A stretch of DNA of 63,714 nt, the filler included, from Thraustochytrium aureum (lineage: Eukaryota), in assembly GCA_012862495.1 (NCBI GenBank). It is 5 parts of 3 records of this genome, joined end to end, with 100 filler letters (N's around TTAATTAATTAA, not from the genome) between each part and the next. Parts side by side here need not be neighbours in the genome. Positions count along the whole stretch, not along the records: positions 1 to 31,057 come from BLSG01000086.1; 4 more parts are not named here. One strand, given 5' to 3'. Shown here piece after piece: positions 11,976 to 24,124 of this stretch (position 1 is its first letter; the number at the start of each line of letters is the position of its first letter). The translations under genes and the position numbers were made by a program. The notes under the pieces were generated by a model. The model was not told the DNA's origin. It did no database searches and was given only the letters and a program-made list of their open reading frames with translations.

Positions 11976-12380
11976 CGAACGGCGGACGGCGCGGGCTCGA
12001 TTCGAGCTTGTGCTGTGTTTGCCCGCGCGCGGCCTGGCAGCGTTTTCCCTTTTCTTCGTTTCTATGAAAGGGCGTGCCGGTCGCCAGCGGGTGTTTTCGT
12101 CGCTCGCGTGTATTTTGTTTGGCCAGCCGATCCCGCCTGCGCGTGGGCGCACCCTGAGCGGGGAGCTAGTTGATTGTTTTTAAATGTGGTGGTGCAGAAG
12201 GCGAGACGGCGCTGGCGCTGTGCTTACATTAGTGAAGATAGACATATCCTTATTAGCCTCATTGCTCGTCACGGCCTTCGGCCGCCAGCTGCGCGAGCCG
12301 CTGTGACCGTGCCAAAGCGGCCGCTGCCGCTCTCTGCCGCAGAGCGTTGACGCTCTCTTCGCCGGGTGGCGCCTCGGCTG

Positions 12381-14366
12381 TCAGCTCGCTGCGGCTGCCA
12401 GTGGCCGCCCCCCCTCTGCGGGACTCTCCCCCAACACGGCAGAGCCTTCGCTCCCGCCGGTTGGCGCAGGCGCAGGCGCAGGAGCAGGCACAACAACTTG
12501 CTGTGGCTCTGGGGTTGGCAACGGCTGCGTCGAGGCTGCTTGGACGTTGGACGCCGGCGCCTGCACTGTTGCGCCAGAAACCGTTGCAGCGCCCGCCGAG
12601 GCCGTCGCAGCCCCTGGCTGCTCCGCGCCATGTCGGGATGATGGCGCACGGTCTGCGCCGCTGAGTCCCCTTGCCAGAATCACAGCCTGGGCCGCACGCC
12701 AGCTCGCGTTGGCAACGTTTATTTGGGCTTGGTACAGCTGCAGCTGCAGCTGGAGCACATCGATCTGGCTTTGCATGTACTGCGCCACCGTCGGGAGCTG
12801 CATCTGTGACGCGTACATCGGCGCGCCAGCAGCGCCTTCTGGGCCGAACACCGAGGGAAACCCAAACCCTGGAAATGCTGGAATCCCGGGGCCGCTGCCC
12901 GGACCTTGCTCGTGCCGCTGATGGGCTCCGTACGCGTCAAAGGGCGCCCCAAAGGTAGGCAAGCGCTGCCCACCATAGAGGCCTTGCCCTGGAGCTGGGA
13001 TCCCAAAGGGGGGAGGTGGAGCCGAGCCTGGTCGCCTCTCATGTGGCGTACCCTGTGCTGCACCAGCAGGTCTAGAAGCGGCGTCGTGCCCGCCTGTGCG
13101 GCCGGGGTGGCCAGGAGGAGTTTGGCGGGGCGCCGATCCCTGCGCCCTGGTTCGGCTGTTCCGGGGCGCGCCGGAGGAGCCTGCGGGGGACCCTCTGCGC
13201 CGCCTTGGTGGCCGTCCTGCGCCAGGGCAGCTTGGCGAGGCGGTTGCGCTGGCCCTTGTGGCCCTGGCGGCGCGTCGCCACGTGGCCGAGCAGCGGCGGG
13301 CACTGCCCCAGGCGGTGGAGGAAGGGGCTGATCTGGCCGCGTCGTGGCGATGTCGCTCCTGCAGGTTGGGCACTTGAGCTGGCGCTCGAGCCAGTTTCGC
13401 AAGCAGTAAAAGTGAAAAAATGTGGCCACACGGCACCAGCTTTTTCGGCGCCCCGATCCCAGTCGCAGCGACCATTTCCTCGCGACAGATGATACAAACC
13501 CGGTCGGTGGCGGCGAGGTCCTCCTCGGTTGCGTTCGGGAACCGCTCGTGCAAATTGGCGGTGATCGTTCGAAATCGCCAAAAGTGCGTCATCCGGTCGT
13601 GCACGTTCTTCACAGCGATGTAGAGCTGCCGCATGAGGTGCAGCGGCACGCCGTAATAGGTGAAAATGATCCCGAAGAAGATCACGTTGACGAACAGCTG
13701 CGCCACGTCGATAACGAGCTTCAGGTAGAGCTCGTACAGCGACTTGTTGTACCACTGGCCCTGGATCAGGTGCGTGTCCACAGCGGCCAGGCAGTACTTG
13801 ACAAACACCTCGACCACCTTGATGGCCAGCAGGACGTACTCGAACCCGAAGAACACTTGCACTGACGCGCCGTACTGTTGCACCACGACCAGAGAGGCCG
13901 TCGCGCAGGCGAGGTCGGCCAGCAACAAGACCGCCATCAGGCTCACCGTGCGCGCGTGCGAAAGCCGCGAGGTCTCCTGCGCTTGCTCCAAGTGCTCCAC
14001 GCGCGCCTCGCACAGCCAGTGGAACACCTTGCAGAACAAGAGCGCCGTGAACATAACCACGACGTTGAGCGACATCTCTTCGCGAAAGGTCGACAGCGCC
14101 AGGCACATCTCGGTAAAGGTATACCGAAGGTTTTCGTAGCAGATCTCGCGCTCCGCCTCGCGCAGCCTCCCGAGAAAGATCTTGTTCGTGAGTTGCCCGA
14201 GCAAGATCGTCAAAACAAACGCCTGGTTGAACAGCACCATAATCGCAGGCTTGGACGTCACCAGGTAGATCACCGCCGGATAAAACTGCACGCGCGTCGC
14301 ATACGCATACCCCACAACGCCGCCCGTCACCAGCGTGGACGCCGCGGCATACTGCGCAAACCTCAT
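12381..14366 (-). CDS. HRD1: ERAD E3 ubiquitin ligase HRD1/synoviolin; frameshift near 13415 and a second one downstream
   Basis: TM region (QFYPAVIYL, LREAERE, FHWLCEARVE). RING-H2 CIICREEM...CGHIF|HFYCLRNWLERQLKCPTCR is split by an extra T in a homopolymer. Pro/Gly-rich tail. Confidence 0.93.
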   Translation of the reverse strand: MRFAQYAAASTLVTGGVVGYAYATRVQFYPAVIYLVTSKPAIMVLFNQAFVLTILLGQLTNKIFLGRLREAEREICYENLRYTFTEMCLALSTFREEMSLNVVVMFTALLFCKVFHWLCEARVEHLEQAQETSRLSHARTVSLMAVLLLADLACATASLVVVQQYGASVQVFFGFEYVLLAIKVVEVFVKYCLAAVDTHLIQGQWYNKSLYELYLKLVIDVAQLFVNVIFFGIIFTYYGVPLHLMRQLYIAVKNVHDRMTHFWRFRTITANLHERFPNATEEDLAATDRVCIICREEMVAATGIGAPKKLVPCGHIFSLLLLAKLARAPAQVPNLQERHRHDAARSAPSSTAWGSARRCSATWRRAARATRASATASPSCPGAGRPPRRRRGSPAGSSGAPRNSRTRAQGSAPRQTPPGHPGRTGGHDAASRPAGAAQGTPHERRPGSAPPPPFGIPAPGQGLYGGQRLPTFGAPFDAYGAHQRHEQGPGSGPGIPAFPGFGFPSVFGPEGAAGAPMYASQMQLPTVAQYMQSQIDVLQLQLQLYQAQINVANASWRAAQAVILARGLSGADRAPSSRHGAEQPGAATASAGAATVSGATVQAPASNVQAASTQPLPTPEPQQVVVPAPAPAPAPTGGSEGSAVLGESPAEGGRPLAAAAS

Positions 14367-15109
14367 CGTCCTGCGCGCCCTGCTCCTCAACCAANNNNNN
14401 NNNNNNNNNNNNNNNNNNNNNNNNNNNNNNNNNNNNNNNNNNNNNNNNNNNNNNNNNNNNNNNNNNNNNNNNNNNNNNNNNNNNNNNNNNNNNNNNNNNN
14501 NNNNNNNNNNNNNNNNNNNNNNNNNNNNNNNNNNNNNNNNNNNNNNNNNNNNNNNNNNNNNNNNNNNNNNNNNNNNNNNNNNNNNNNNNNNNNNNNNNNN
14601 NNNNNNNNNNNNNNNNNNNNNNNNNNNNNNNNNNNNNNNNNNNNNNNNNNNNNNNNNNNNNNNNNNNNNNNNNNNNNNNNNNNNNNNNNNNNNNNNNNNN
14701 NNNNNNNNNNNNNNNNNNNNNNNNNNNNNNNNNNNNNNNNNNNNNNNNNNNNNNNNNNNNNNNNNNNNNNNNNNNNNNNNNNNNNNNNNNNNNNNNNNNN
14801 NNNNNNNNNNNNNNNNNNNNNNNNNNNNNNNNNNNNNNNNNNNNNNNNNNNNNNNNNNNNNNNNNNNNNNNNNNNNNNNNNNNNNNNNNNNNNNNNNNNN
14901 NNNNNNNNNNNNNNNNNNNNNNNNNNNNNNNNNNNNNNNNNNNNNNNNNNNNNNNNNNNNNNNNNNNNNNNNNNNNNNNNNNNNNNNNNNNNNNNNNNNN
15001 NNNNNNNNNNNNNNNNNNNNNNNNNNNNNNNNNNNNNNNNNNNNNNNNNNNNNNNNNNNNNNNNNNNNNNNNNNNNNNNNNNNNNNNNNNNNNNNNNNNN
15101 NNNNNNNNN

Positions 15110-16925
15110 CGCGCCCTCATGACTCTCGGGCGCCCCGTGCTCGATAGAAGCGCTCTCGCGCGCTTCCTGGCTGTGGAGGCCATGCCCTTTGGCAAGATTC
15201 CAGACGAGCTGTCCGTGTCGCAAGTGCAGCGCTTTCTCGAGCGGTTTGGTCCGCTCGAGAGCGCCTTTGCCAAGATATCGTCCAGCCTATTCTCGGCGGA
15301 CGGCTCGGCCAGACCCGAGTTTTGGGGCACGCTCGGCCGGCGTCGCGCCAAGGCGCTCCTCTGCAAAGAGGCCACGGGCACCTATCTGGTGCGCTTTGCG
15401 CGCGGCAGGCCAAACAAGATTGTCCTTTCCTACGTGGATGGCGCAGGGCGGGTGCGGCACTGTGGGCTCACGAACGCGTCGCGGCGGGGGTTCTCAGTCC
15501 GTGCCGCAGGCGCGGCCTCGCACCTTGCGCGTCGCACCGTTCGCTCATTAGAAGAGCTCTTGGCTTCTTCGTCGCGCCTCTGCATCCCGCTTGTGCGGCC
15601 TGCCACACTCCACGGCGACCCGCGCAGCCACTGCGGCGTTGGCGTTCGACCGCCAAGCCGCGCTTTCTCAGGAAATCGTTGCCTTCGATGCCGAAGACCT
15701 GCCCGGCCTGTACTGTGAGCACGACTGCCGCCGCACCAACGCAACACCGTACGTGTCTGCAGAGTGCACAACCTGCGGCACTGTCAGGACAGACCCGTCC
15801 ATCGCAACGCCCTTGGCGTGCCCGCGATCAGCGCCAACGACCCGCACCGACCCCGAGCAGCTAGACTCGCTCCTCCGCAAAGGCGCCGAAAAGTTTCGCG
15901 TAGGGCACCGCTCCGACGCTGAGGCGCTGTTTCGACAGGTGCTCAGTTGTACAGAAGACAACCTCCTCGTGCACCACCAGTGCCCGGAAGGTTTAGAGGA
16001 CGCTGCTTCTCAAGGTGGAGCGCCTGGGATGCCCGAGACTACCTTCCACGCCCGCAAGAGTACCGGCGGAATCTCCAAGCTTGGCTCTGCCGTTGTGGCC
16101 GCTGGCGCTTCCTCGGCGGAACGCCGTCGCCGTAGCTTTGGCGCAGCCAGCGTTCTCGGCTCGCCCCGAGGCGATGCCTCTGGACGTGGCTCCGCAACCC
16201 CTCCGCACGATCCTCGAGCGCCGTGGTGCAAGTGCCTGTCTTGCGTCAGCTTTCGTTCGATGGCCCGCGCGCTCGGAAACCTTGGTCATGTTCTGGCAGA
16301 CCAAAAGCAAGTCCCCGAGGCGGTCAGCATGTACCAACAAAGCCTCCCTGTGCTTCGCGAGCTCGGGATGTGGAAGCAAGAACCAATCGTTCTCTCCAGC
16401 CTGACCTCGTGCGCGCACGCCGCGCAAAATCCGTCCCTGGGCGCCAAGTATGGAATCGAGTACCTTGGCACTCTCACACATGAGTCGGAGCGAAACGCGT
16501 TGCTGCGCCGCCTTGAGGCCCTTGGAGCGGTAGACAGCTCCAGCATGCCGAGCCACGCTGACGTCGCTGCCTTGCTCTGCGCTGGCGACGTCGAGTACGC
16601 TCTTCGCTCCCCTGTCCAGGCGCTTTGTTCATACGGTCATGCGTTGCACCAATCGCGCTGCATGCATGATGACATCCTCGAAGTGAGCGCTCTCGTGCGC
16701 CTCGGCTGCTGCCTGTACATGATGCATCGTTTGCGCGACGCGGTTGTGCACTTTGAACGTGCGGTGCTTCTCCTCCGCAACAACAACCTGTCGGCAAGCA
16801 ACCGCGGCTCAGGCCGTGCACGCGTCGAAATGCACAACCTCGCTCTCACATTTGCCAAGCAGGCCACCGCGTTTGCTGGGTGGGGCTCTCCGTCGCGCCC
16901 GTCCACGCCGGCATCGCGCGCCTAA
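15110..16925 (+). CDS. SH2-domain protein with C-terminal TPR-like repeats; 5' partial, frameshift near 15600
   Basis: FLERFGP...EFWGTLGRRRAKALLCKEATGTYLVRFARGRPNKIVLSYV (SH2). ARALGNLGHVLADQKQVPEAVSMYQQSL and SALVRLGCCLYMMHRLRDAVVHFERAV (TPR). Confidence 0.75.
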
Positions 16926-17106
16926 GGGTCCCAAGGCAGTGCAGGTTCAACTTGGCTTTCAACTCGCTGGTCGGCCTTGTATGCGGTGGAAGGCGGACCG
17001 AGCGCTTGCTCTGTTAAAAAACTTCGCTTCGTACTCGCTTCGTACTACGCTATCCAGTACTTTTTCCTATCAGAGTCGGGAGAAGCGGCGCGCAGCGGGC
17101 TGTGCG

Positions 17107-19720
17107 TCAGTCATCAAAGTCCAACACAGAGCTCGACATTTGGTCGGCGATTCGCGACATCATGTCGAGCTCCTGCTGTTCCTGCTCGCACTTTGAGAAC
17201 GCGCGACGCTGCGATCCGTGCAACCCCGTCGGGTAAGAGTGGCGGAACGAGCTCTCAAAAGGCTCTTGCTGATGCACATGGGAGCTCGGGTATCGCGCAG
17301 ACGGCTCGAGTCCGTCCAAATGCGGGATCCCACTCTGGTGCCTCCGAAATGACTCTGCTTGCGAGAATTGGTAATGGCCTTCATGAGCTGACTGGTTTCC
17401 AGCAGGCGGCGCAGCGTGGACTTTGGTCACTGGCGTTGCAAACGGGGCAGCGTTCACGTTCAGTCCGAACGGGAGTTGGACGTGTACTGGAAAGCCGCCC
17501 CCAAACGAAAAGGACATCGTCGCGGGCCTTGAGCCCTCGTCCATGGGAACAGCAACCGGCACAGCCTCCTCGTGCTTTGGGGCGAACGCTCCAACTGCCC
17601 CGCTCCCACGTCGGGCAAAGTCCCGGCGAGACTCGCGGCCTTTGACGCGAACCGCCCGCCTCTGCGCCAGCGCCATTTGGACGCGTTTTCGCGGACCAAG
17701 CGGCAGGCCAAGGCACNNNNNNNNNNNNNNNNNNNNNNNNNNNNNNNNNNNNNNNNNNNNNNNNNNNNNNNNNNNNNNNNNNNNNGCTCAGAAAGCATTG
17801 AGAGCGTCTGCAAGTCGAGCTTCTCAGCGACGAACTTGTCCTCATACTCCTCAATGTTGAGCGTACGAAGGAACGAGCGCAGCGTGTCTGTGCGCCCGGT
17901 CCCTTCCCCCGTGTTGCGATTTGCACGTTCGACCACTTGAGGAGGGGCGGTTGGCGCGCTGTGGTTTGACGCGGTCTGCTCATTCCGCGCGCCCGCTGGC
18001 GGCACCATTGCAGCAAAGCCGGACACGGCGAACTGGCTCTGGGCCTGTGGCGTCGCGGCAAAGCCAGAGGCCACGTGGACCGTCCTGGGAGTTTCACTAG
18101 CTGGCTGGGCCTCTCCTCGCCGCCACGAGGTCTCAGGGGCACTTCCGCAAACAAGCTTCCGCCCGTTCCTCGCAGCTGCGTCTTTGGCCTTGTCGCGTCC
18201 GACGAGCTTGGGCTTCTTCGAGTTCAGCTGAACGAGCTCTTTGGTCCGCAGAGTCTTGTCATTCTCTTGCTGTTTGCAGGTCTTGGACTTAGTGACGCGT
18301 TTGCTATCCTTGGTGCTGCTCGGCGGCTTTCTCGGGCGAGTATGGATGATCTTCTCCCAGGGCTGCTGTTCTTGCAACTCGCGCTGCAGCTCCTCCGGTG
18401 ATCGCCAATGCACCGACATCTCCACACACTCTGGGCCTTGTTGAAGTTCTTCGATTCTGGCCAGCAACGATTCGGCCCGCTCCGCAGATGGAGATGGGGG
18501 CAGAGTTTTTGCTGGCTCCGTCAAAGCTCTTGGGCTCCAGGCAATCCCGCAAATCAGGCTGCGCGGGCGTGTCGGTAGACTCGGGGTATTCGTTATCGTC
18601 AGAGTACTTTTGCTCCTCCTCCTCCTCCGCCTCCTCCTCCTCATCTTCTGAGACCTCTGGGACGGCTGGAATGGGATGGTCAGCGCAGCCGCGATCGTTC
18701 TGCTCACTGTCGACGGATGTCGCGTTGTCTGCTTGTAGAGTATTGCCAAAGGTTGTTTCGAACGCTGCTGGCGAGGTAGGGGTGGAATTTGTCGGACTCG
18801 GACCATGACTTTCCGCCTCGACCGATACTGCTCGTCCAGTTGGCGGGTTGAGATCCTCCGTGGGACTAGTGTCGTCAGCGGATTCTGAAGCTTGTTCGCT
18901 TGCGGGCGAGTCGAAACCTTCCAACATTGCGACGTCAGTGACTGCGGTCGACTCGAGGGTAGCTGCGGGCAGGTTTTGATCGAGCACTTTGGTGGGGGTT
19001 TGATCGAGCACTTTGGTGGGGGTTTGATCGGGCACTTCGGTGGGGTTTTGATCGGGCACTTCGGTGGGCTCAAACGGGGACTCGGAGACTCCTGCTTTCC
19101 TCTGCTTTGTCCAACTCGGCTAAAGGAAACGACGGGCTGCTCTGCGCGCGCTCTCGAAGCGTTTTTTCCAGCCACATAGGATCGCTGGTTGCCGCGCTCG
19201 AATCGAATTCTCCTTCAGAGACCATGCGGCGCTTGTCGCGCTTTTTGGGGACGCGCAGTTTAGGGACAGACGCTGTCCTCAGCCTGCTTGCACTTCGCAA
19301 TTCACCTGCAGGACTGCTTGCTGAATTCGGCCGGCCTGCACTGCTGTACTTGCTCACAGCACTGTTGGCAGAGCCCGTGGCGCTTCGGAGTGCCGAGGAC
19401 GCTGCGCTCGGTTCGCACAACAACATGTTGCGGTATTCCTGAGCCGTGACGCGGCGCGTCCAAGTCCGAGCCAAGTAAAGCCCACAAATCAACGCAGCGA
19501 GCGCTCCGGTCGTAAACGAGCCGTCTACAAGCACCTCCAGGATGCGGCGCGCAAGCGCAGCAGTCATCCGAAGGACGCGAGGCAGGTTTTGCAGAAAAAC
19601 GAGCGTGAATCCATCTGGCTGCAGGAAGAACGTTGGCACAAGTATCAGAAGAGTTGTCAGCGTCCACAGCGTCGACTCCTTCTTGCCAAGAAAGGCCGAA
19701 ATCGAGACAAGCGCGTCCAT
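17107..19720 (-). CDS. Membrane-anchored, low-complexity SAM-domain protein; several frameshifts and a gap
   Basis: N-terminal hydrophobic helices (LWTLTTLLILVPTFFL; GALAALICGLYLA), acidic linker, SAM-like DTLRSFLRTLNIEEYEDKFVAEKLDLQTLSMLSE before the gap. Confidence 0.6.
18972..19068 (-). repeat. Coding 24-bp tandem repeat, 4 copies (PTEVPDQN/PTKVLDQT)
   Basis: ggtttgatcg(a/g)gcactt(t/c)ggtggg repeated four times. Confidence 0.9.
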
Positions 19721-20038
19721 CGTGCGGTTTTCGGGTTGATGCGGTAAGGCACGGTATGTCTCGCCGCGTCGTGGTGCCCGCGCAGCGCCAGCAGCTACTT
19801 GCGCACTGTCTCCAGGTCGCGCGGGGCTGGCCCCCGTTTTCGTCACACCGTTGTGCAAGCGGCAGGGCTTGCGGGTTTGGGTTTGCCGGTCGGAGCGCGC
19901 TTTGGTCTTCGCAACAGTGCGAGTCCAACGTCTCTGCTTTTCTCCTTGCGGGGCTTTTGGCCGTTCCACCATGGCTCGACAAAGGCGCAAAGGCAGGCAA
20001 CAAGGGACTCCGCTGTCGGTTGGTCGGTTACCAGGTCT

Positions 20039-20500
20039 TCATAAACTAGACAGCGTCGCTTCCGCAAATTTATCAGGGGGCGTGAAGCCAAGTCCAGGCG
20101 GCAGCACTCGTGTGGTCACCGAGTTTGTCAGTTTCGCCCAGGGGTGCCGAAACGCGAATGCCTCTCTCTCTGTGTGTGTCTGTTCACCTGCAAACAAGGA
20201 GTTGAAGGCCGCTCGAGAGTGGGCCAAATCCGCCTTCACTGGACAGGTCCGACCGTCCGTCGGGAAGGACATTGGACGAGCAAGCGCACCAACACTCTGA
20301 CTAGAAAGAAATGCGTGTTCCTGATCAACAGGCTCAACGTGGAGTATCGACAGGCTGAAACGCTCATCAGCGCGCTCCAGAAAACTGAAATGCAGGCACT
20401 CCAACGCAGCATTTGCCCGTTTTTTCAAAGAGCCGTTGAGGTCCGAATTCTTTGTTGCATGGCCTGCCCAAGTGTACCGGTACTCCTTATCCCGCGAGAA
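20039..20500 (-). CDS. Hypothetical protein, possible 3' exon
   Basis: Protein-like open frame (KEYRYTWAGH...FSLSILHVEPVD...FAFRHPWAKL); no recognised motif; upstream structure unclear. Confidence 0.3.
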   Translation of the reverse strand, partial: FSRDKEYRYTWAGHATKNSDLNGSLKKRANAALECLHFSFLERADERFSLSILHVEPVDQEHAFLSSQSVGALARPMSFPTDGRTCPVKADLAHSRAAFNSLFAGEQTHTEREAFAFRHPWAKLTNSVTTRVLPPGLGFTPPDKFAEATLSSL

Positions 20501-21417
20501 TCCGGCTGGATGCGGATCGGCGAGCGGCCAGGTTTGGGAGCATGATCAGGCGAAGCGGCCCGAGCTTGAGGTGCTTGGCCGAAGAGAAAAATCGATGTGT
20601 TGCTGCCACCACGCCCGCTCAACCAAGCACCAACACCGGAGGCCTGAACAACACGACCAGAAGTAGGACCGCCACCGGTTCCTGCTCCCAGCAGAAAGCG
20701 CTGGGATCGCGCGGGCGTTGGTGACGTCCCTTGGCCGAACCTGCACGTGGCGCATTTGTGCCCTCAACGGGTCTTGCTCATTCGCCCGGCTTGGTGTCTC
20801 GGACCAACCTCAACGCCTCGAAACCGCCTGCGCCCAGTCGAAGGCACGGCTGGGAAGCAAGCAGAGTTGCGCGCCGTCGCTATTGTCAATCGCAAACCAC
20901 AAAGCAGGAAACAAGCGGAAGACGACCTCGCGCCCGCCAGGCTTGCNNNNNNNNNNNNNNNNNNNNNNNNNNNNNNNNNNNNNNNNNNNNNNNNNNNNNN
21001 NNNNNNNNNNNNNNNNNNNNNNNNNNNNNNNNNNNNNNNNNNNNNNNNNNNNNNNNNNNNNNNNNNNNNNNNNNNNNNNNNNNNNNNNNNNNNNNNNNNN
21101 NNNNNNNNNNNNNNNNNNNNNNNNNNNNNNNNNNNNNNNNNNNNNNNNNNNNNNNNNNNNNNNNNNNNNNNNNNNNNNNNNNNNNNNNNNNNNNNNNNNN
21201 NNNNNNNNNNNNNNNNNNNNNNNNNNNNNNNNNNNNNNNNNNNNNNNNNNNNNNNNNNNNNNNNNNNNNNNNNNNNNNNNNNNNNNNNNNNNNNNNNNNN
21301 NNNNNNNNNNNNNNNNNNNNNNNNNNNNNNNNNNNNNNNNNNNNNNNNNNNNNNNNNNNNNNNNNNNNNNNNNNNNNNNNNNNNNNNNNNNNNNNNNNNN
21401 NNNNNNNNNNNNNNNNN

Positions 21418-23795
21418 CAAGCCCGAAGAAAAGCGCAGGACCAAGAAGAAGACTGCGCACCGCGTCCCGCTTGCGTTGGCGAGCCAGGAAGACGCAGAGA
21501 TCGCGTACTTGGAGAAAAAACTCGGCTTGAAAGCGAGCGACGCCACCTTGGCGAATCGCAACAAGGAGCGCTTCGCGAAGGAAATCGAGATGGACGGGCT
21601 CTCGTCCGAGATCCTTGACTTTATCAACGTCCTAGAAAGCGGCAAGAGCATCGCAGAGTTTGACCGCAAAAAGTCCAAGGAGGAAAAGCTGCGCGCGGAG
21701 GCGCGCGGCAGCGAGGACGACGCGAGCCAGGACGACGAGCTGGAACTCGGACTCGCCCCAGATGCAGTTCTCGAAGATGCAGACTGGGACGCTGACCCAC
21801 CTGAGATTGTGTCGGACGACGAAGAGTTCCGGGAGGGCGACGCCACACGGTCTCGCTCTCGGTCCCAAGACAGCGACGACGCGGAGTCGGGGAGCCAAGG
21901 CAGCGACACGTTCGGGAACGAGGCCGAGCTCGGCGATGCGAGCGTCACGTACCTGCCAAAAACCGACCTCTACGGAAAGGCCCTCAAGGAGAGGCCTCGC
22001 AGAGTCCCAGATGGAGATGCCGTCGAGGGCAGCGCAGGGCCCTCGAGCAAGAACGGCGCGGAGAACTCGCCCTCACAGCGGCAGCGTCGGCCCGGAAAGC
22101 TTTTCCAAAACATGGGAGAGCAAATGCGGATTCGCAAGTTTCTGAACGGCCTCGTAAACAGGCTTACGGAGGCCAACGTCCAGCCCATCGCGAACGAGCT
22201 CTCGGGCCTCTACCGCGAGCACCCCAAAGCTGTGCTTGATGAACAGCTGGTCAGCATCATGCTCTCTGCGCTCTCGAACGACATGGTCGTCATGGCCCCG
22301 CTCGCCGCCACATTCGCCGCTCTTGTCGGCGCGCTCGCGATCCTGTGCGACCCGAGCATCGGCCCGTTCGTGCTCGAGCGCACAGTGGTGCGCTTCGAAG
22401 AGGCGTTTGAGGAGGACGGCCAGGTCGCCTCCACCAGCAGCGCGGACGAGTTCGTGGCCAGCAAGCGATCAGCAAACTACGCTGCGCTCGTGTCGCACTG
22501 CTTCAACCTCGGCGTGACCACCGGCAGCCTCCTCTTTGACCTCCTGGAGAAGATGGCGAAGGCCGAGCACGCCGGGGGCTATTGACGTGGTCGGCACCGT
22601 CGTGAGCGAGTGCGGGACGCGCCTCCGGAAGGACGACCCTGCGAGACTCGTTCGCACGATCCAGGCCCTCCAGGACGCGCAGGCGGCTGAGGGCGGACCG
22701 CTGCGCGGGCCTCGAATGGATGTTCTCATGGAGGAGGTGTACGCGCTCAAGAACAACAAGCGCCGCAACGAGGCCGTCGAGGGCCGGATCAAGAGGCTCA
22801 ACAAGGTTGTCAAGTACATGCAATCCGGGCGCGGCGGCGCGGGGCTGCTCGCTCTCAAACTGTCATGGGACGAGCTTCTCCACGCTGAGGAGCGCGGGCG
22901 CTGGTGGGTAGTTGGTGGCGCCTGGAAGGACCAGGACCAGGCCATTGTGCGCGGCAGGGAGCGCGCTGAGCTCGAGTCGGAGCAATCGCGACTGGGGGGC
23001 GGCAACAGCATCTCACAGGCTCTGGCAAGAGCCGATCCGCTTGTGCTCCAACTCGCGAAAAAGCAGCGGATGAACACAGACGTTCGGCGAGCCATATTCT
23101 GCGAGATCATGACTGCCGACGGCACCCTGAACGCGTTCGACCGCCTCATGGCCCTCAACCTAAACACGCGGCAGCAGCGCGAGGTGGTGTACGCCCTCAT
23201 GCGGTGCTGTGGTGCTTCCAAGCGCCACAACGAGTACTTTGACGAGCTGGCCAACCACCTCTGCGCGCAGCGCCCGTCCTTCAAGTTCACCTTCCAGCTT
23301 GCGTTCTGGGACGCGCTTAAAGAGACCGAGTCTTCGACGGAGCGCAAACTTGGCAACCTGGCCAAGATGCTCGCCCACCTCGTGCTGCAGTTCACGCTTC
23401 CGCTCTCAGTCCTCAAGGTCGTCGACTTTGCGCGTCTTGGGCCCCAGTCGATTTACTTTTTCAACGTCTTTTTCCACACTATGCTGTGCTACGGGGGCCC
23501 TGGCAAGGACGGCGCACGGCGCATGGCCCGCGCCTTCAACCGGACAGGCGCCTCGCAGGACTTCCCCGGGATCGCGGACGGCATCAAGCTGTTCATGCAC
23601 CACCACCTCGCGGTGCCCGACAGCCGCGAGCCCTCGCGCCCGGGCGACCTGGCGCACCTCGCCGCCGTCGATCCGCTCTTCGCCAAGCGCGCCAAGATAG
23701 TCACTCGCATCCTGGATGCCATCTCCATCGCGCACAGCGCCGCCAACGAGCCCGACATGATCGATCCCTCCGCCGACATCGACCTGCTCGAATAG
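21418..23795 (+). CDS. NOM1: Nucleolar MIF4G/MA3-domain protein NOM1/Sgd1; 5' partial, frameshift near 22570
   Basis: EDAEIAYLEKKLG; LNGLVNRLTEANV (MIF4G); LKNNK; GRWWVVGGAW; QRMNTDVRRAIFCEIM; FTFQLAFWD; LPLSVLKVVDF. Confidence 0.93.
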
Positions 23796-24124
23796 AAAGA
23801 CCAATCTGGCCCTCGAGTTGCGCTCTCCAACGAGTCCAACGGCTCTTCTTTCTTTCTTTCCTTTTTTTTTTCTTTCCTTTTTTTCTTGCTCGAACGGAAC
23901 GGCGGCAGAGCAGCAACGACAGGAGACCGAGACGCTGCTCGACAGCACAGCGAGCGCCCCCGGGCCCGACGCCGCGCTTGGCTCGCTCGCGCGGCTGCTT
24001 CCACTGCGCGCTTGGCCTGCTTGCGCGGCGCGCTCGGACTGCTTGCGCGTCTGCCTGCCTCTGGTGCGTGGGACGAGCCCTGCTTGAAGGCCACGCTGCG
24101 GCAGCTGGCGGCACTGCCCGACAG

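Noticed and set aside
20546..20548. In-frame TGA between two open frames as selenocysteine or readthrough
   Set aside because: No selenoprotein fold or SECIS recognised; an intron or non-coding DNA explains it equally well.
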